Origin: Tannerella sp. oral taxon 808
Lineage (GTDB): Bacteria > Bacteroidota > Bacteroidia > Bacteroidales > Tannerellaceae
Length of the DNA stretch: 64,000 nucleotides
NCBI GenBank assembly: GCA_002890585.1
Contig: MIQB01000003.1
Span: forward strand, 6,727-70,726
Reading direction: 5' to 3'
Under the pieces are notes generated by a model. That model was not told the DNA's origin and made no database searches. It saw only the letters and a program-made list of their open reading frames with translations. Of this stretch, positions 50,042 to 60,151 are shown one piece after another. Each line of letters begins with the position of its first letter. Within the stretch, counting starts at the first letter, position 1. Position numbers and translations under genes: made by a program.

Positions 50042-51658
50042 TCACCATTTGTAGCTTAAGCCGAAGCTGAGGACTTCGTTGGTTTGGACGTAAGAGTCAT
50101 AACCGGGCGTCTTGGTGACGCTATCGTCGAAGCGCATGTAGACGTTGATCATGGTGGAGAAGAAACGGCTGATGGCCATGTCGAGCGAGTTCTCGAATTC
50201 GGCTAAGACGTTCTGGTAGGTCGTGTTGTAATAGAGGCGCGACTTCCATGTGACGTTGCGGTTGGGCTTAAGGACCATGTCCATGCGAATGGTGGAGCCG
50301 AACTTGTGGAAGGTGCGTTCGTAGAGGCCGGTGGCGGTTTTGGCGAAGCCGTGCGGGCTGCGATCGACGGTGGCGTCGAGGCTGTACATGTAAGTATAAG
50401 AGATGGGGGCGATGTTGACTGACAGCTTGAGCGAGCGATGGCGAGCGCGAAATTTCTTCTCTAAATCATACTTCATACCCAGGCCCGTGTTGACGATGAA
50501 GGGCGAGAGGAAGGCGACTTGGGGCACGTCGGTATTCTTCTTGTAATTGGTGAAGAGTGGGGCTTTGAACTCGCCATCGAGGGTGTAAAACCACCGGCTG
50601 AAGGCGCGATAGCCGAAGTTGCTGTAGAAGCGCAGCAGGTTGTCGCCGAATTTGTAGTTGCGCAGAGTGTCGTCGGAGGCGGTGTAGACGCTGACGTCGA
50701 TTTGGAGCAGGTTTTTGAGCTGGATGCGGTCGCGGGCGTAGTCGTATTGAAAAAGGTTTTTGGTGAGGATGTTCAGATTGCTTGTCCCCTCCTTGTACCA
50801 GTTGGGGGAGACGTAATTCTGTGAGAACCGGAGCGAGCTCTCGAAGGAGGACGTCCAGTAGCGGCGGTCGGGGATGAACTTCGGAGGCGCGTCGTAATCG
50901 TCGGCTGTGCGGTCGAAGTGGTAGACGGGCACCTGCACATTGCCGCTCATGCGCATGCGCAGGGTGCGCTCCACGGGCAAGTCGTCGGCGCTGTGGCGGA
51001 AGTAATTCGGGTGGTAGTGGCGGACGTAGCGATAGGCGTAGTCGCGAACGATCATGCAGTTTTCGGTGCGTTCAAAGAGGCGCACGGGGCGATAGAGCGG
51101 CTGCTCCCAGGGGCGCGCGTTGAGGTCGATGGGGTGGTAGAAGACGATGCGACGGGCGTTGTCGAGGTTCTTCTTTTTGAAGAGCACGGGCATGAAGAGC
51201 GGGTTGACGATGATGGTGTCGCGGAAGGTGTAGTAGCGCGGGAAGCGGTTGGCGGAGTTGTCCCAGCGGCGCGACCAGTAAAGGGCGCGGTCGGACATGG
51301 TGAGGGGCGTGGGCGGGAGCAGGGGTTGCTCCGGCTGCGCGTCGTCCGCGATGGGTTCGGTCACAGGGTCGTGGTGTGCAGCGCGTTGCTCCATGCGTTC
51401 GCGCAGCCGTGCGTTCAGGTCGCCGGGCTCGTTGCGGAGCGTGTCAGTGGAGTGAGTGCGCTGCGTCGGTTGTGCGATTGGGGTCGGCTTCGGAGTCTCT
51501 TGTGGGGTCGTTGTCGTGTCGCGCCGCAGGGCTCGCTCCATGCGAGCGCGGATGCGCGCGTCGGAGTTCAGATCCTGCGCCTCGGCCATGTGGGTCAGCA
51601 GCAGCGCGGCCACAGCCAGGCTCAATGCAGCTTTAGTTCTTTGTTTTGCAGTCTTCAT
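50042..51658 (-). CDS. Outer-membrane hypothetical protein (DUF3078-like beta-barrel)
   Basis: Signal peptide, a Thr/Pro/Arg-rich linker, and a C-terminal ...SFGLSYKW aromatic terminus typical of OMPs. Confidence 0.5.
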   Translation of the reverse strand: MKTAKQRTKAALSLAVAALLLTHMAEAQDLNSDARIRARMERALRRDTTTTPQETPKPTPIAQPTQRTHSTDTLRNEPGDLNARLRERMEQRAAHHDPVTEPIADDAQPEQPLLPPTPLTMSDRALYWSRRWDNSANRFPRYYTFRDTIIVNPLFMPVLFKKKNLDNARRIVFYHPIDLNARPWEQPLYRPVRLFERTENCMIVRDYAYRYVRHYHPNYFRHSADDLPVERTLRMRMSGNVQVPVYHFDRTADDYDAPPKFIPDRRYWTSSFESSLRFSQNYVSPNWYKEGTSNLNILTKNLFQYDYARDRIQLKNLLQIDVSVYTASDDTLRNYKFGDNLLRFYSNFGYRAFSRWFYTLDGEFKAPLFTNYKKNTDVPQVAFLSPFIVNTGLGMKYDLEKKFRARHRSLKLSVNIAPISYTYMYSLDATVDRSPHGFAKTATGLYERTFHKFGSTIRMDMVLKPNRNVTWKSRLYYNTTYQNVLAEFENSLDMAISRFFSTMINVYMRFDDSVTKTPGYDSYVQTNEVLSFGLSYKW

Positions 51659-51784
51659 CGTGTGTTTATGTCTATGTGATTACGTCTTGATGGCTGGCAA
51701 AAGTAGGCGTAAGCGCAGGGTTGCCCTCACCCCCTTGTGCCTGGCCCTCGTTCGGCTGTAAGAATTAATCGATTCCGCAGCTTC

Positions 51785-52015
51785 GGAAAGGCTTTCGGGG
51801 CGCCTCTGAATCTTTGATTTTCGGTTTATGTTGACAACATAAGTCCCGGAATCATTGATTTTCGGCCTATGTTGACAACATAACCCCTGGAATCATTGAT
51901 TTTTCGGCTTATGTTGACAACATAACCCCTGGAATCATTGATTTTCGGCTTATGTTGACAACATGACCCCTGGAATCATTGATTTTCGACTTATGTTGAC
52001 AACATAACCTCCTCT
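51785..52015. repeat. 46-bp tandem repeat, 5 copies (cattgattttcggcttatgttgacaacataacccctggaat), each with a perfect 15-bp palindrome tatgttgacaacata
   Basis: Periodicity and the palindrome read directly. It is upstream of the OMP gene at 51658. Confidence 0.85.
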
Positions 52016-52169
52016 TCAATTGACGCCGCTTCCGATGGATAGGCATCAAGCCAGAGGCGCGCCTCTCTTATCCCCCCGCATCACCTCCGAAGGGCATCAA
52101 TCAAGGGCGCGCCTAAATTTTTTCTTCACAAAACCTTGCCAGTCATCAAGCTCATTTTACATTTGTGGC

Positions 52170-52445
52170 GCGAGAGAGCAAGAAAGCAGTTCCAGAAGAC
52201 GACATAAGCCGCATTGTTCGATTGGGGAACTCATCATACAATATTAGAATTCCGAGACATGCTCTTGGCACCAATGGCGGGCTGCAAACTTCGGTTCTGT
52301 CCCCCTCGGGGGGCACAGCAGATTACAACGGCGTCAAAGGCTCTCAAATCCTGTCATTCGGAGTTCGTTCAATTCCACAGTGCGGCTTTCCCCATAGAGA
52401 GAAGAGGTGACTTACCAACCATAAGTCGCCTCTTTTTTTTTGGGG
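52170..52445 (+). ncRNA. Candidate small RNA of about 270 nt: orphan Bacteroidetes-type promoter (TAcaTTTG at 52158..52165) plus an orphan rho-independent terminator (gaggtgacttaccaaccataagtcgcctc + T9 at about 52403..52441)
   Basis: Promoter and terminator were read in the sequence. The only ORF here needs a GTG start inside the -7 box. The identity is not recognised, and it is not tmRNA, RNase P or SRP by their signature motifs. Confidence 0.3.
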
Positions 52446-52553
52446 GCGGTAAGCATCCCCCCCTCGGCTCCCGACAGACGCCCCCCCGATGCGCGCATTT
52501 CCGATGAATGATTCGCATTTACTTTTGCCCCCGTCAAAAGATTACTATATCCA

Positions 52554-53090
52554 ATGAATCCCTTAGCCATTCTTTCCGAATACTATCGCCCGGGCTCGCG
52601 GGCCTACGAGATATTAGTCAGCCATAGCCGCAGCGTCCGCGACAAGGCGCTGGCCCTGGCCGAGTCGCACCCGGAAATGCAGCTCGACCACACCTTCATC
52701 AGCGAAGCCGCCATGCTGCACGACATCGGCATCTACCTCTGCGATGCACCCGAAATCGACTGCCACGGATCATCGCCCTACATCTGCCACGGTTGGCTCG
52801 GCGCCGAACTGATGCGCTCCTTAGGCTATCCACGCCACGCGCTCGTCTGCGAACGCCACACCGGCGCCGGCCTCTCGCGCGCCATGATCGAAGCGCGCCA
52901 TCTGCCCATCCCGCCGCACGACATGCTGCCCCTCTCCCTCGAAGAGCAGCTAATCTGCTTCGCCGATAAATTCTTCAGCAAGACGAAGCTGGAGCGCGAA
53001 AAACCGATCGAGAAGATCAGGCACGGGCTGGCTGCCTACGGCCAGGAAGACGTGAAACGGTTTGATGGGTGGTGCAAAATCTTTCTCTAA
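52554..53090 (+). CDS. HD-domain phosphohydrolase
   Basis: H...HD motif (AMLHDIGIY), a downstream His cluster, and a size of about 180 aa. Confidence 0.7.
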   Translation: MNPLAILSEYYRPGSRAYEILVSHSRSVRDKALALAESHPEMQLDHTFISEAAMLHDIGIYLCDAPEIDCHGSSPYICHGWLGAELMRSLGYPRHALVCERHTGAGLSRAMIEARHLPIPPHDMLPLSLEEQLICFADKFFSKTKLEREKPIEKIRHGLAAYGQEDVKRFDGWCKIFL

Positions 53091-55777
53091 AAACAAGCCT
53101 CCTGCTTTGCGCCCTGGCTCTCGGGCTCAGCATGCAGGCGCAGACACCCTCGGGCAGCGATACGCTCCGAAGGGCAGCGGCACGCATCGACACGACTGGG
53201 CGCGACACGGCGCGTCGTAAAGGCATGCTCGAGGCGCCGGTGAAGTATCAGGCGGCAGACTCCATCGTCATGACGGCAGGCAATATGGCCTACCTCTTCG
53301 GCCAGGGCGACGTGAAGTACCAAAACATCGAGCTGCAATCCGAGCGCATCCAAATGAGCCTCGACAGCAGCATCGTCTCCGCCTCCTATGCCCTCGACAC
53401 CACCGGAGCCGAGTATGGCTACCCCCTCTTCATCGAAGGCGAGCAGCAGATCGAAGCCCGGACGATGCGTTACAACTTCCGCTCCCGCAAGGCCTACGCT
53501 GCCGACGTGCTGACAAAGCAGGGAGAGGGCTACCTCATGGCCGATGCCACGAAGAAGATGCCCGACAACGCAATGAACATCGTGGACGGCCGCTACACCA
53601 CCTGCGACGAGTATGACCACCCCCACTTCTATATCCACATGACCCGCGCCAAGGTGCGCCCGGGTAAAAACATCGTCACCGGGCCAGCCTACCTTGTCAT
53701 CGAAGACGTCCCGCTCTATCCCATCGGCCTGCCCTTCGCCTTCTTCCCCTTCACCGACAAGTATTCCTCAGGCATCATCGCCCCGACCTACGGCGACGAG
53801 ATGGCGCGCGGATTCAACCTCCGCAACGGCGGCTACTACTTCGCCCTCAGCGATTACTTCGACCTCGCACTCACGGGCGAGATCTACACGAAGGGATCGT
53901 GGGGCCTATCAGCGCGGTCGGACTATCGCAAGCGCTACCGCTACTCGGGCAACTTCGATGCCTCGTATCTCGTCACCAAACTCGGCGACAAGGGGCTGCC
54001 AGATTACAGCGTGTCGAAGGATTTCAAGATCGCTTGGACACACGCGCAAGACGCCAAGGCCAACCCCTATCGCACCTTCTCAGCCAGCGTCAACTTCACC
54101 ACCAGCAGCTACAACTATAATCAACTCAACACCCTCTACACGCCCGAAGGGACGAACAACAACAAAGGCTCCAGCGTCAGCATCTCGCAGCGTTTCCCCA
54201 ACAACCCGTTGACCGTCTCGGCCACGATGAACATCAATCAGCGCTCGCAAGACTCCTCCCTCTCCGTCACCCTGCCCGACATGACACTCTCCATGAGCAG
54301 CATCTACCCCCTCAAACGCAAACACGCCGTGGGCCGCGAACTGTGGTACGAGAAGATCTCCATCTCTTATTCGGGCTACTTCCGCAACTCCCTTAACGCG
54401 AAAGAGAACAACTTCTTCCAAAAGAGCTTCGCCCGCGACTGGCAGCACGCCGCGCAGCACAGCATCCCCATCAGCGCCACTTACAACTTCGGCTTCCTCA
54501 ACATCTCCCCCTCGGCCAACTATGTGGAGCGCTGGTACACGAACAAAGTCCACCAACAGTTCGACACCGCCCGCGGCAGCCTCATGCCCGTCGACACGGC
54601 CTACGGCTTCTATCGCGTCTACGACTACAACGCCGCCATCTCCGCCTCCACCACCGTCTACGGCTTCTTCAAGCCCTGGAAGATCTTCGGCGACAAGGTG
54701 CAGATGATCCGCCACCGCATGGAGGCCAACATCTCCTACAACGTCGCCCCCGACTTCTCCGATCCCAAGTACGGCTTCTATGAGTCTTATGCTTACACCG
54801 ATCGCTCGGGTAACCAGATGACCGGCCTCTATTCGCCCTACGAAGGCCAGATGTTTGGCGTGCCCGGACGGGGGCGGCAGGGCGCCTTATCGTTGTCATT
54901 GGATAACAACGTAGAGATGAAGGTGCGCTCCGATGCCGACTCCACAGGCATCAAGAAGGTCAGCCTCATCGACCGGCTCGGCTTCCACATCAGCTACAAC
55001 ATGGCCGCCGACTCCTTCCGCTGGAGCGACCTCGGCGTCAACCTGCAACTCAAGCTCGGCAACTTCCCCCTGCAACTCTCCGGCGTGTTCGACACCTATA
55101 CCTATGGTTACGACGCCGCCACAGGCATTCCTTATCGCATCGACAAACCCCGCTGGCAGGCCGGCAAAGGCATCGGGCGGCTCCGCTCCACAGGCACCAC
55201 CTTCTCCTACACCTTCACCAACGACACCTTCAAGAAGCTCTTCAGCCGCAAAGACCGCGACGCCTCCGACAACCGTAACCCGAAAGACACCCCAGACAAC
55301 ACCGACGACGCCGAGGCCACCGACACCTCCGACGACACCCCGGCCGTGGGGCAACGCCTGCGTAAAGCCAAGAAGGACGAGACGGGCGATTACGACGCCG
55401 ATGGCTACTACCGCGCCACCGTCCCATGGAGCCTCTCCTTCAGCTACAACATGAGCCTGGGTTACGGCAATTTCAACCCTGAAAAATTAGAATACAACTA
55501 CCGCGTCACGCACCAACTGAGCTTCAGCGGCAATATGAAACCGACCAAGAACTGGAGCTTCAACTTCAACGGATCGTACGACTTCGAAGCCCGGAAGATC
55601 TCCTACATGACGTGCACCATCTCGCGCAACCTGCACTGCTTCACCATGTCGGCCAGCGTGATCCCCGTCGGGCCGTGGAAGTCGTACTCCTTCTCCATCG
55701 CCGTCAACTCCTCCCTGCTCCGCGACCTGAAGTACAACCAGAGCGGCAGTCCGCGCGACGTGATGAGTTGGTATTAA
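53069..55777 (+). CDS. lptD: LPS-assembly outer-membrane protein LptD (OstA family), GTG start
   Basis: Signal peptide and an OstA-like N-terminal domain (...GNMAYLFGQGDVKYQNIELQSERIQMSLD...). A roughly 900-aa barrel ending ...DVMSWY. The only in-frame start after the upstream TGA is GTG at 53069. Confidence 0.6.
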   Translation: MVQNLSLKTSLLLCALALGLSMQAQTPSGSDTLRRAAARIDTTGRDTARRKGMLEAPVKYQAADSIVMTAGNMAYLFGQGDVKYQNIELQSERIQMSLDSSIVSASYALDTTGAEYGYPLFIEGEQQIEARTMRYNFRSRKAYAADVLTKQGEGYLMADATKKMPDNAMNIVDGRYTTCDEYDHPHFYIHMTRAKVRPGKNIVTGPAYLVIEDVPLYPIGLPFAFFPFTDKYSSGIIAPTYGDEMARGFNLRNGGYYFALSDYFDLALTGEIYTKGSWGLSARSDYRKRYRYSGNFDASYLVTKLGDKGLPDYSVSKDFKIAWTHAQDAKANPYRTFSASVNFTTSSYNYNQLNTLYTPEGTNNNKGSSVSISQRFPNNPLTVSATMNINQRSQDSSLSVTLPDMTLSMSSIYPLKRKHAVGRELWYEKISISYSGYFRNSLNAKENNFFQKSFARDWQHAAQHSIPISATYNFGFLNISPSANYVERWYTNKVHQQFDTARGSLMPVDTAYGFYRVYDYNAAISASTTVYGFFKPWKIFGDKVQMIRHRMEANISYNVAPDFSDPKYGFYESYAYTDRSGNQMTGLYSPYEGQMFGVPGRGRQGALSLSLDNNVEMKVRSDADSTGIKKVSLIDRLGFHISYNMAADSFRWSDLGVNLQLKLGNFPLQLSGVFDTYTYGYDAATGIPYRIDKPRWQAGKGIGRLRSTGTTFSYTFTNDTFKKLFSRKDRDASDNRNPKDTPDNTDDAEATDTSDDTPAVGQRLRKAKKDETGDYDADGYYRATVPWSLSFSYNMSLGYGNFNPEKLEYNYRVTHQLSFSGNMKPTKNWSFNFNGSYDFEARKISYMTCTISRNLHCFTMSASVIPVGPWKSYSFSIAVNSSLLRDLKYNQSGSPRDVMSWY

Positions 55778-55882
55778 CCCACGGAAACTTCCGGGGGGGA
55801 AGGGGGCGCAGTAAAAAAACCAAGGCACAGGACGTAAGAAGAAGAGCGCTTCTATATTTGCGCCCGCAGAAAGAGGAATCCG

Positions 55883-55956
55883 GGTTCCGTAGCTCAGTTG
55901 GATAGAGCAACAGCCTTCTAAGCTGTGGGTCGTGCGTTCGAGTCGCACCGGAATCA
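55883..55956 (+). tRNA. tRNA-Arg (anticodon TCT)
   Basis: ggttccgtagctcagttggatagagcaacagccttctaagctgtgggtcgtgcgttcgagtcgcaccggaatca. Cloverleaf with a G2·U71 wobble, anticodon loop cuUCUaa and T-loop ttcgagt. Confidence 0.85.
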
Positions 55957-56074
55957 CTTCTTCATAGAATACCTCGCCATAGGTGTATTCCAAGGCTCGA
56001 GATCGAAAGGCAGCCGCCGTATCGGTCTCGGGCTTTTCTTATGCATAACCCTTAAAAAGAGAAGAGATTGAACG

Positions 56075-56701
56075 ATGGAAAAAGGAAAAGAACTGATCGG
56101 CATTGCGCAGCGCATGCGGGCGTTGGCACAGACGGGGCTGTCGTACGCGTCGAACGATTACGAAACGGAACGTTGCCAAGAGCTGCTCGGGCTGAGCGAC
56201 CGCATCGCAGCGATCGTCAGCGGGCTGAAGGAGGAGGAGATCGCCGCGTGTTACCACCCCATGAAGGAGTACGTCACGCCCAAGGTGGACATCCGCGCGG
56301 CCGTCTTTAATGCGCGCGGCGAGATCTTGTTAGTGCGCGAGAAGGCCGATGGACGCTGGTCGATGCCCGGCGGATGGTCAGACGTGGGGTATACGCCGGC
56401 CGAGGTGGCGGTGAAGGAAACGAAGGAAGAAACAGGGCTCGACGTGCGTGTAGAACGGCTGCTGGCGGTGCTCGATAAGCGTTGCCACAACTATCCCGCC
56501 TCGCCGCTCTACGTCTACAAGATGTTCATCCTCTGCACCGTGACGGGCGGCGAGCTCGGGGGCACGTTCGACATCCTCGACCAGCGCTTCTTCCCGCTCG
56601 ATGCGCTGCCGCCCCTCTCGCTCGATCGCACCCTGCCGGAGAATATCCGCATGGTCAACGAGCTGCGCCATCACCCGGAGCGCGGGGTGGTGTTGGATTA
56701 A
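56075..56701 (+). CDS. NUDIX hydrolase
   Basis: Nudix box GGWSDVGYTPAEVAVKETKEETGLDV (GX5EX7REUXEEXGU pattern). Confidence 0.8.
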   Translation: MEKGKELIGIAQRMRALAQTGLSYASNDYETERCQELLGLSDRIAAIVSGLKEEEIAACYHPMKEYVTPKVDIRAAVFNARGEILLVREKADGRWSMPGGWSDVGYTPAEVAVKETKEETGLDVRVERLLAVLDKRCHNYPASPLYVYKMFILCTVTGGELGGTFDILDQRFFPLDALPPLSLDRTLPENIRMVNELRHHPERGVVLD

Positions 56702-56814
56702 CCCAAATCGATCATTAGCGGGCGGCCCTATGTGTCCGCCCGCTAATAACCAATTAAGGCTCATTCTTCGGCATTTCGCATGTTGGAGCCGCCTTTTTAC
56801 ATCGAACAGACGTT

Positions 56815-57060
56815 AAACCCGCAGGTTAGTTCGGAGCTAACCTATGGGGTAGTTCATCACTAACCTATAATGTAGTTCATCACTAACCCGTAGGTTAGTT
56901 CGGATCTAACCTAAGGGTTAGATCGTCTCTACCCCATAATGTAGATGTTCTCTATACTATAGGGTAGATATTCTCTACACTATAGTGTAGATCCGCTCTA
57001 TCCTATAAGATATATCCACTCTACCCTATCCATATAGGGCGGATTATCTCTATATCCAAT
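56815..57060. repeat. Complex repeat block: two taggttagttcgga(g/t)ctaaccta palindromes, two tagttcatcactaacc units and a 23-bp tandem array of about 5 copies (gtagat..tctcta..ctata..)
   Basis: Read directly. Confidence 0.75.
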
Positions 57061-57234
57061 CAAAAATGGCATGCAAACAACTGGAAACGCACAATTATGC
57101 CTATGATTCGCAGATATTGTCGTAGGAGCGCACGCGCATACGCCCTCTGCGAGGAATTTCATAGAAATAGGGCTTGCAGCGCTCGTTTTTGTGTGACTAT
57201 GGATCATTTTGGGCTTTTCTGTTGAATGGTATTG

Positions 57235-57400
57235 GACCTATAGCCCCAATCTGTTTGGGCGCGTAATGCAAATCACTTTGGGCGCATAGCCCCAATCACA
57301 TTGGGCGCATAGTCCCAATCTATTTGGGCGCGTAATGCAAATCACCTTGGGCGCATAGCCCCAATCACCTTGGGCGCATAATGTGAATCATTAAAAAGGG
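57235..57400. repeat. 22-bp tandem repeat, about 7 copies (ttgggcgcatagccccaatcac)
   Basis: Periodicity seen directly. Two family-2 REP palindromes follow at 57480..57615. Confidence 0.8.
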
Positions 57401-57673
57401 GGAGCGAGAGGCTTCCACCCCACCGCTCCCCCTTCATGCCTATTCATCCAAAATCAGTCATTAGAAAAAGCCCCCCTTCCGGAACCCTTGTAGGGGCGTA
57501 TCGCATACGCCCTCAATGTTCCAAGGATGCAAATACGGGTCTCGGATACGATCATTCGGCCTTTGCTGGCCGCTTGTAAGGGCGTATACGATACGCCCTT
57601 ACTAATGACCGATTTGGATTTATCATGCCTATTTATCGCGCCCCTTAGAGGCTGGGGAAAAAGGCCGTTCGCT

Positions 57674-58978
57674 TCAGAGTTCGCCTGCGCGACGACGTTG
57701 CAAGAAGTGGGTGTACATCCGTCGCACCTGCGGGGCGAGCCATACGATGGCAATGAGGTTAGGAATGGCCATGAGGCCGTTGAAGGTGTCGGCTAACTCC
57801 CAAACGAGGTCGGCGGCGAAGATGCTGCCGCAGAAGATGCATGCCACGACGATGAAGCGGAAGGGCAGCACGCCGTGCTTGCCAAAGAGGTAGCGCACAT
57901 TCATCTCGCCAAACATGTACCAGCCCATGATCGTGGTCAGTGCAAAGAAGAAAAGGGCGATGGCCAGGAAGGTGATGCCGCCCTGCCCGAAGGCGATGCG
58001 GAAGGCCTCCTGCGTGATGGCCACAGACTTGAGCTCGACGTTGGTGTAAGAGCCCGTAAGCATGATGACGAAGGCTGTGGAGGAGCAGATGAGGATCGTA
58101 TCTACAAAGACACCGGCCATGGCCACGAAGCCTTGGATGGCGGGATCCTTCACGTGCGCTATGGCGTGGGCATGCGGCGTGGAGCCCATACCGGCCTCGT
58201 TGGAGAAGAGGCCACGCGCCACACCATAGCGGATGGCATACTTCATCACCGTGCCAGCCGCGCCGCCAGCCGCCGCCTTCGTGGAGAAGGCCTCGGTGAT
58301 GACGCTCTGGAACATCTCCGGGATTTTGCCGATAAACATGCAGAGGACGACGATCGAGCCGACGATATAGATGAGCGCCATGAAGGGAACGACGAGCTCA
58401 GCAATGGCCGTGATGCGCTGTTGCCCACCCATGATGACGAGCGCCACGAGCGTGGCCAGCACGCCGCCAATGAGGTAGGGGCTGAACCCAGAGGCATTGT
58501 TGATGGCAATGGAAATGGAGTTGGCCTGTACCATGTTGCCCACGAAGCCGAGGGCCAGAATGATGGCCAGGGAGAAGAAGATCGCCAGTGGGCGACACTT
58601 GAGGCCTTTGGCAATGTAATACGCCGGTCCGCCGGAGACACCGCCCGCTTTCACCTCTCGATACTTCTGCGCCAGGGTAGCCTCGGAGAAGATCGTACCC
58701 ATGCCTAAAAGCGACGAAATCCACATCCAGAAGATGGAACCCACGCCGCCCGTGGCAATGGCTGTAGCCACGCCGCCGATATTGCCCGTGCCCACCTACG
58801 CTGCTACGGCCGTGGCCAGCGCCTGGAAGGAGTTGACGTGGTGTTTCTCGTGCGCCTCCTTCTTGCGTCGCTTGAAGGCTGGCCCGAAGGCGTATTTAAA
58901 CATTAGGCCGAAGTGGCGGATTTGCGGAAAGCCGAGGTAGATGGTGTAAAAAATCCCGACAACCAGTAGGATGTACAT
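57674..58978 (-). pseudogene. Sodium:alanine symporter (AGCS family) interrupted by an in-frame TAG at 58796..58798
   Basis: Two abutting ORFs read ...SFQALATAVAA-TAG-VGTGNIGGVATAI..., where AGCS homologs, as I recall them, have AATVGTGNIAGV. In-frame TAA lies 7 codons upstream of the first Met, so the expected N-terminus is also missing. Confidence 0.65.
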
Positions 58979-59056
58979 CAGGAATTCATTCCAGAGCAGC
59001 TCGTTGAACCCGCTTTACGTAGTCTATTGCATTCATGCCTGAGGGTTGGTTAGGGC

Positions 59057-60031
59057 TTACGTCATGCAGCAGGCCGCGACGTTCGTTCCGTTCAGGAATT
59101 GGTCGGCTGCCATGCGGCGTTTACCAGCGGGTTGCACCTCAAGGAGGCGAAGGAAGCCGTCGCGCGTGGCCACGTCTAAGTGTCGGCCGTCGGTGCGGAT
59201 GGCTCCGGGCGAGAACTCGTGCGTCTCAGTCAAAGGTTCGCTGCGGAAGATTTTCAGTGCCGATCGGCGCCCGTCAGCTGAGAGGATTTCAGTCCACGCC
59301 GCTGGATGCGGAGCGAGGCCGCGGATGAAGTTGTAGATGGGCCCGGTAGGCTGCTCCCAGTCGATGCGGCAAGTGTCGCGGAAGATCTTCGGGGCGGTGG
59401 GCAGCGCTGAGGCGTCGGTCAGGAGCGCGTCCTGCTCGGTTGTTTCCACGTCGCCGTCGCCCTCAAGTATTCGGTCAACAGTTTCGGTCAACAGTTCGGC
59501 GCCGATGGCCATTAATCGGTCGTGCACGGTGCCCGCGTCGTCCGCCTCGTTGATGGGCAGGCGGCGTTGCAAGATGATGCGCCCCGTGTCGATCGCATGG
59601 CGGAGGAAGAAGGTGGTGACGCCCGTCTCCTTTTCACCATTGATCACGGCCCAGTTGATCGGTGCCGCGCCGCGATAGCGGGGTAGGAGGGAGGCGTGCA
59701 GGTTGAACGTACCCAAGCGCGGCATTTCCCAGACCACCTGAGGGAGCATGCGGAAGGCGACGACGATTTGCAGGTCGGCGCCGAGTGCGCGGAGGGCATC
59801 GAGGAAGGCCGGATCGCAGAGGCGTTCGGGCTGCAGCAACGTGAGGCCTTGCGCTTCGGCATATCGCTTCACGGGCGAGGGCTGCAGCACACTGCCATGT
59901 CGGCCCATGGGTTTATCAGGCATGGTGACAACGCCCACCACGCGGTATCCGCCCTCCACAAGGGCGCGCAGGCTCGCCACAGCAAAGTCGGGTGTGCCCA
60001 TAAAAACAATCTTCAATTCGTGCTTATCCAT
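59057..60031 (-). CDS. fmt: Methionyl-tRNA formyltransferase
   Basis: MDKHELKIVFMGTPDFA N-terminus, HASLLPRYRGAAPI catalytic motif, and a C-terminal domain. The start was set at the internal ATG at 60031. Confidence 0.85.
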   Translation of the reverse strand: MDKHELKIVFMGTPDFAVASLRALVEGGYRVVGVVTMPDKPMGRHGSVLQPSPVKRYAEAQGLTLLQPERLCDPAFLDALRALGADLQIVVAFRMLPQVVWEMPRLGTFNLHASLLPRYRGAAPINWAVINGEKETGVTTFFLRHAIDTGRIILQRRLPINEADDAGTVHDRLMAIGAELLTETVDRILEGDGDVETTEQDALLTDASALPTAPKIFRDTCRIDWEQPTGPIYNFIRGLAPHPAAWTEILSADGRRSALKIFRSEPLTETHEFSPGAIRTDGRHLDVATRDGFLRLLEVQPAGKRRMAADQFLNGTNVAACCMT

Positions 60032-60151
60032 CGTTATATATTCTTCGTTTGAGATGGACAAAAATAAAACGTTCTTACCCCCACTTCGCAGCGTTTGTGG
60101 CTCAAGAAGCATCTTTGAGGGCGTGAATAATCATTATTAGGAGCATAGATT

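Noticed and set aside
52165..52410. 81-aa GTG-start ORF in the candidate sRNA region
   Set aside because: Its start codon would sit inside the -7 promoter box and its stop lies inside the terminator stem. A non-coding interpretation is preferred.
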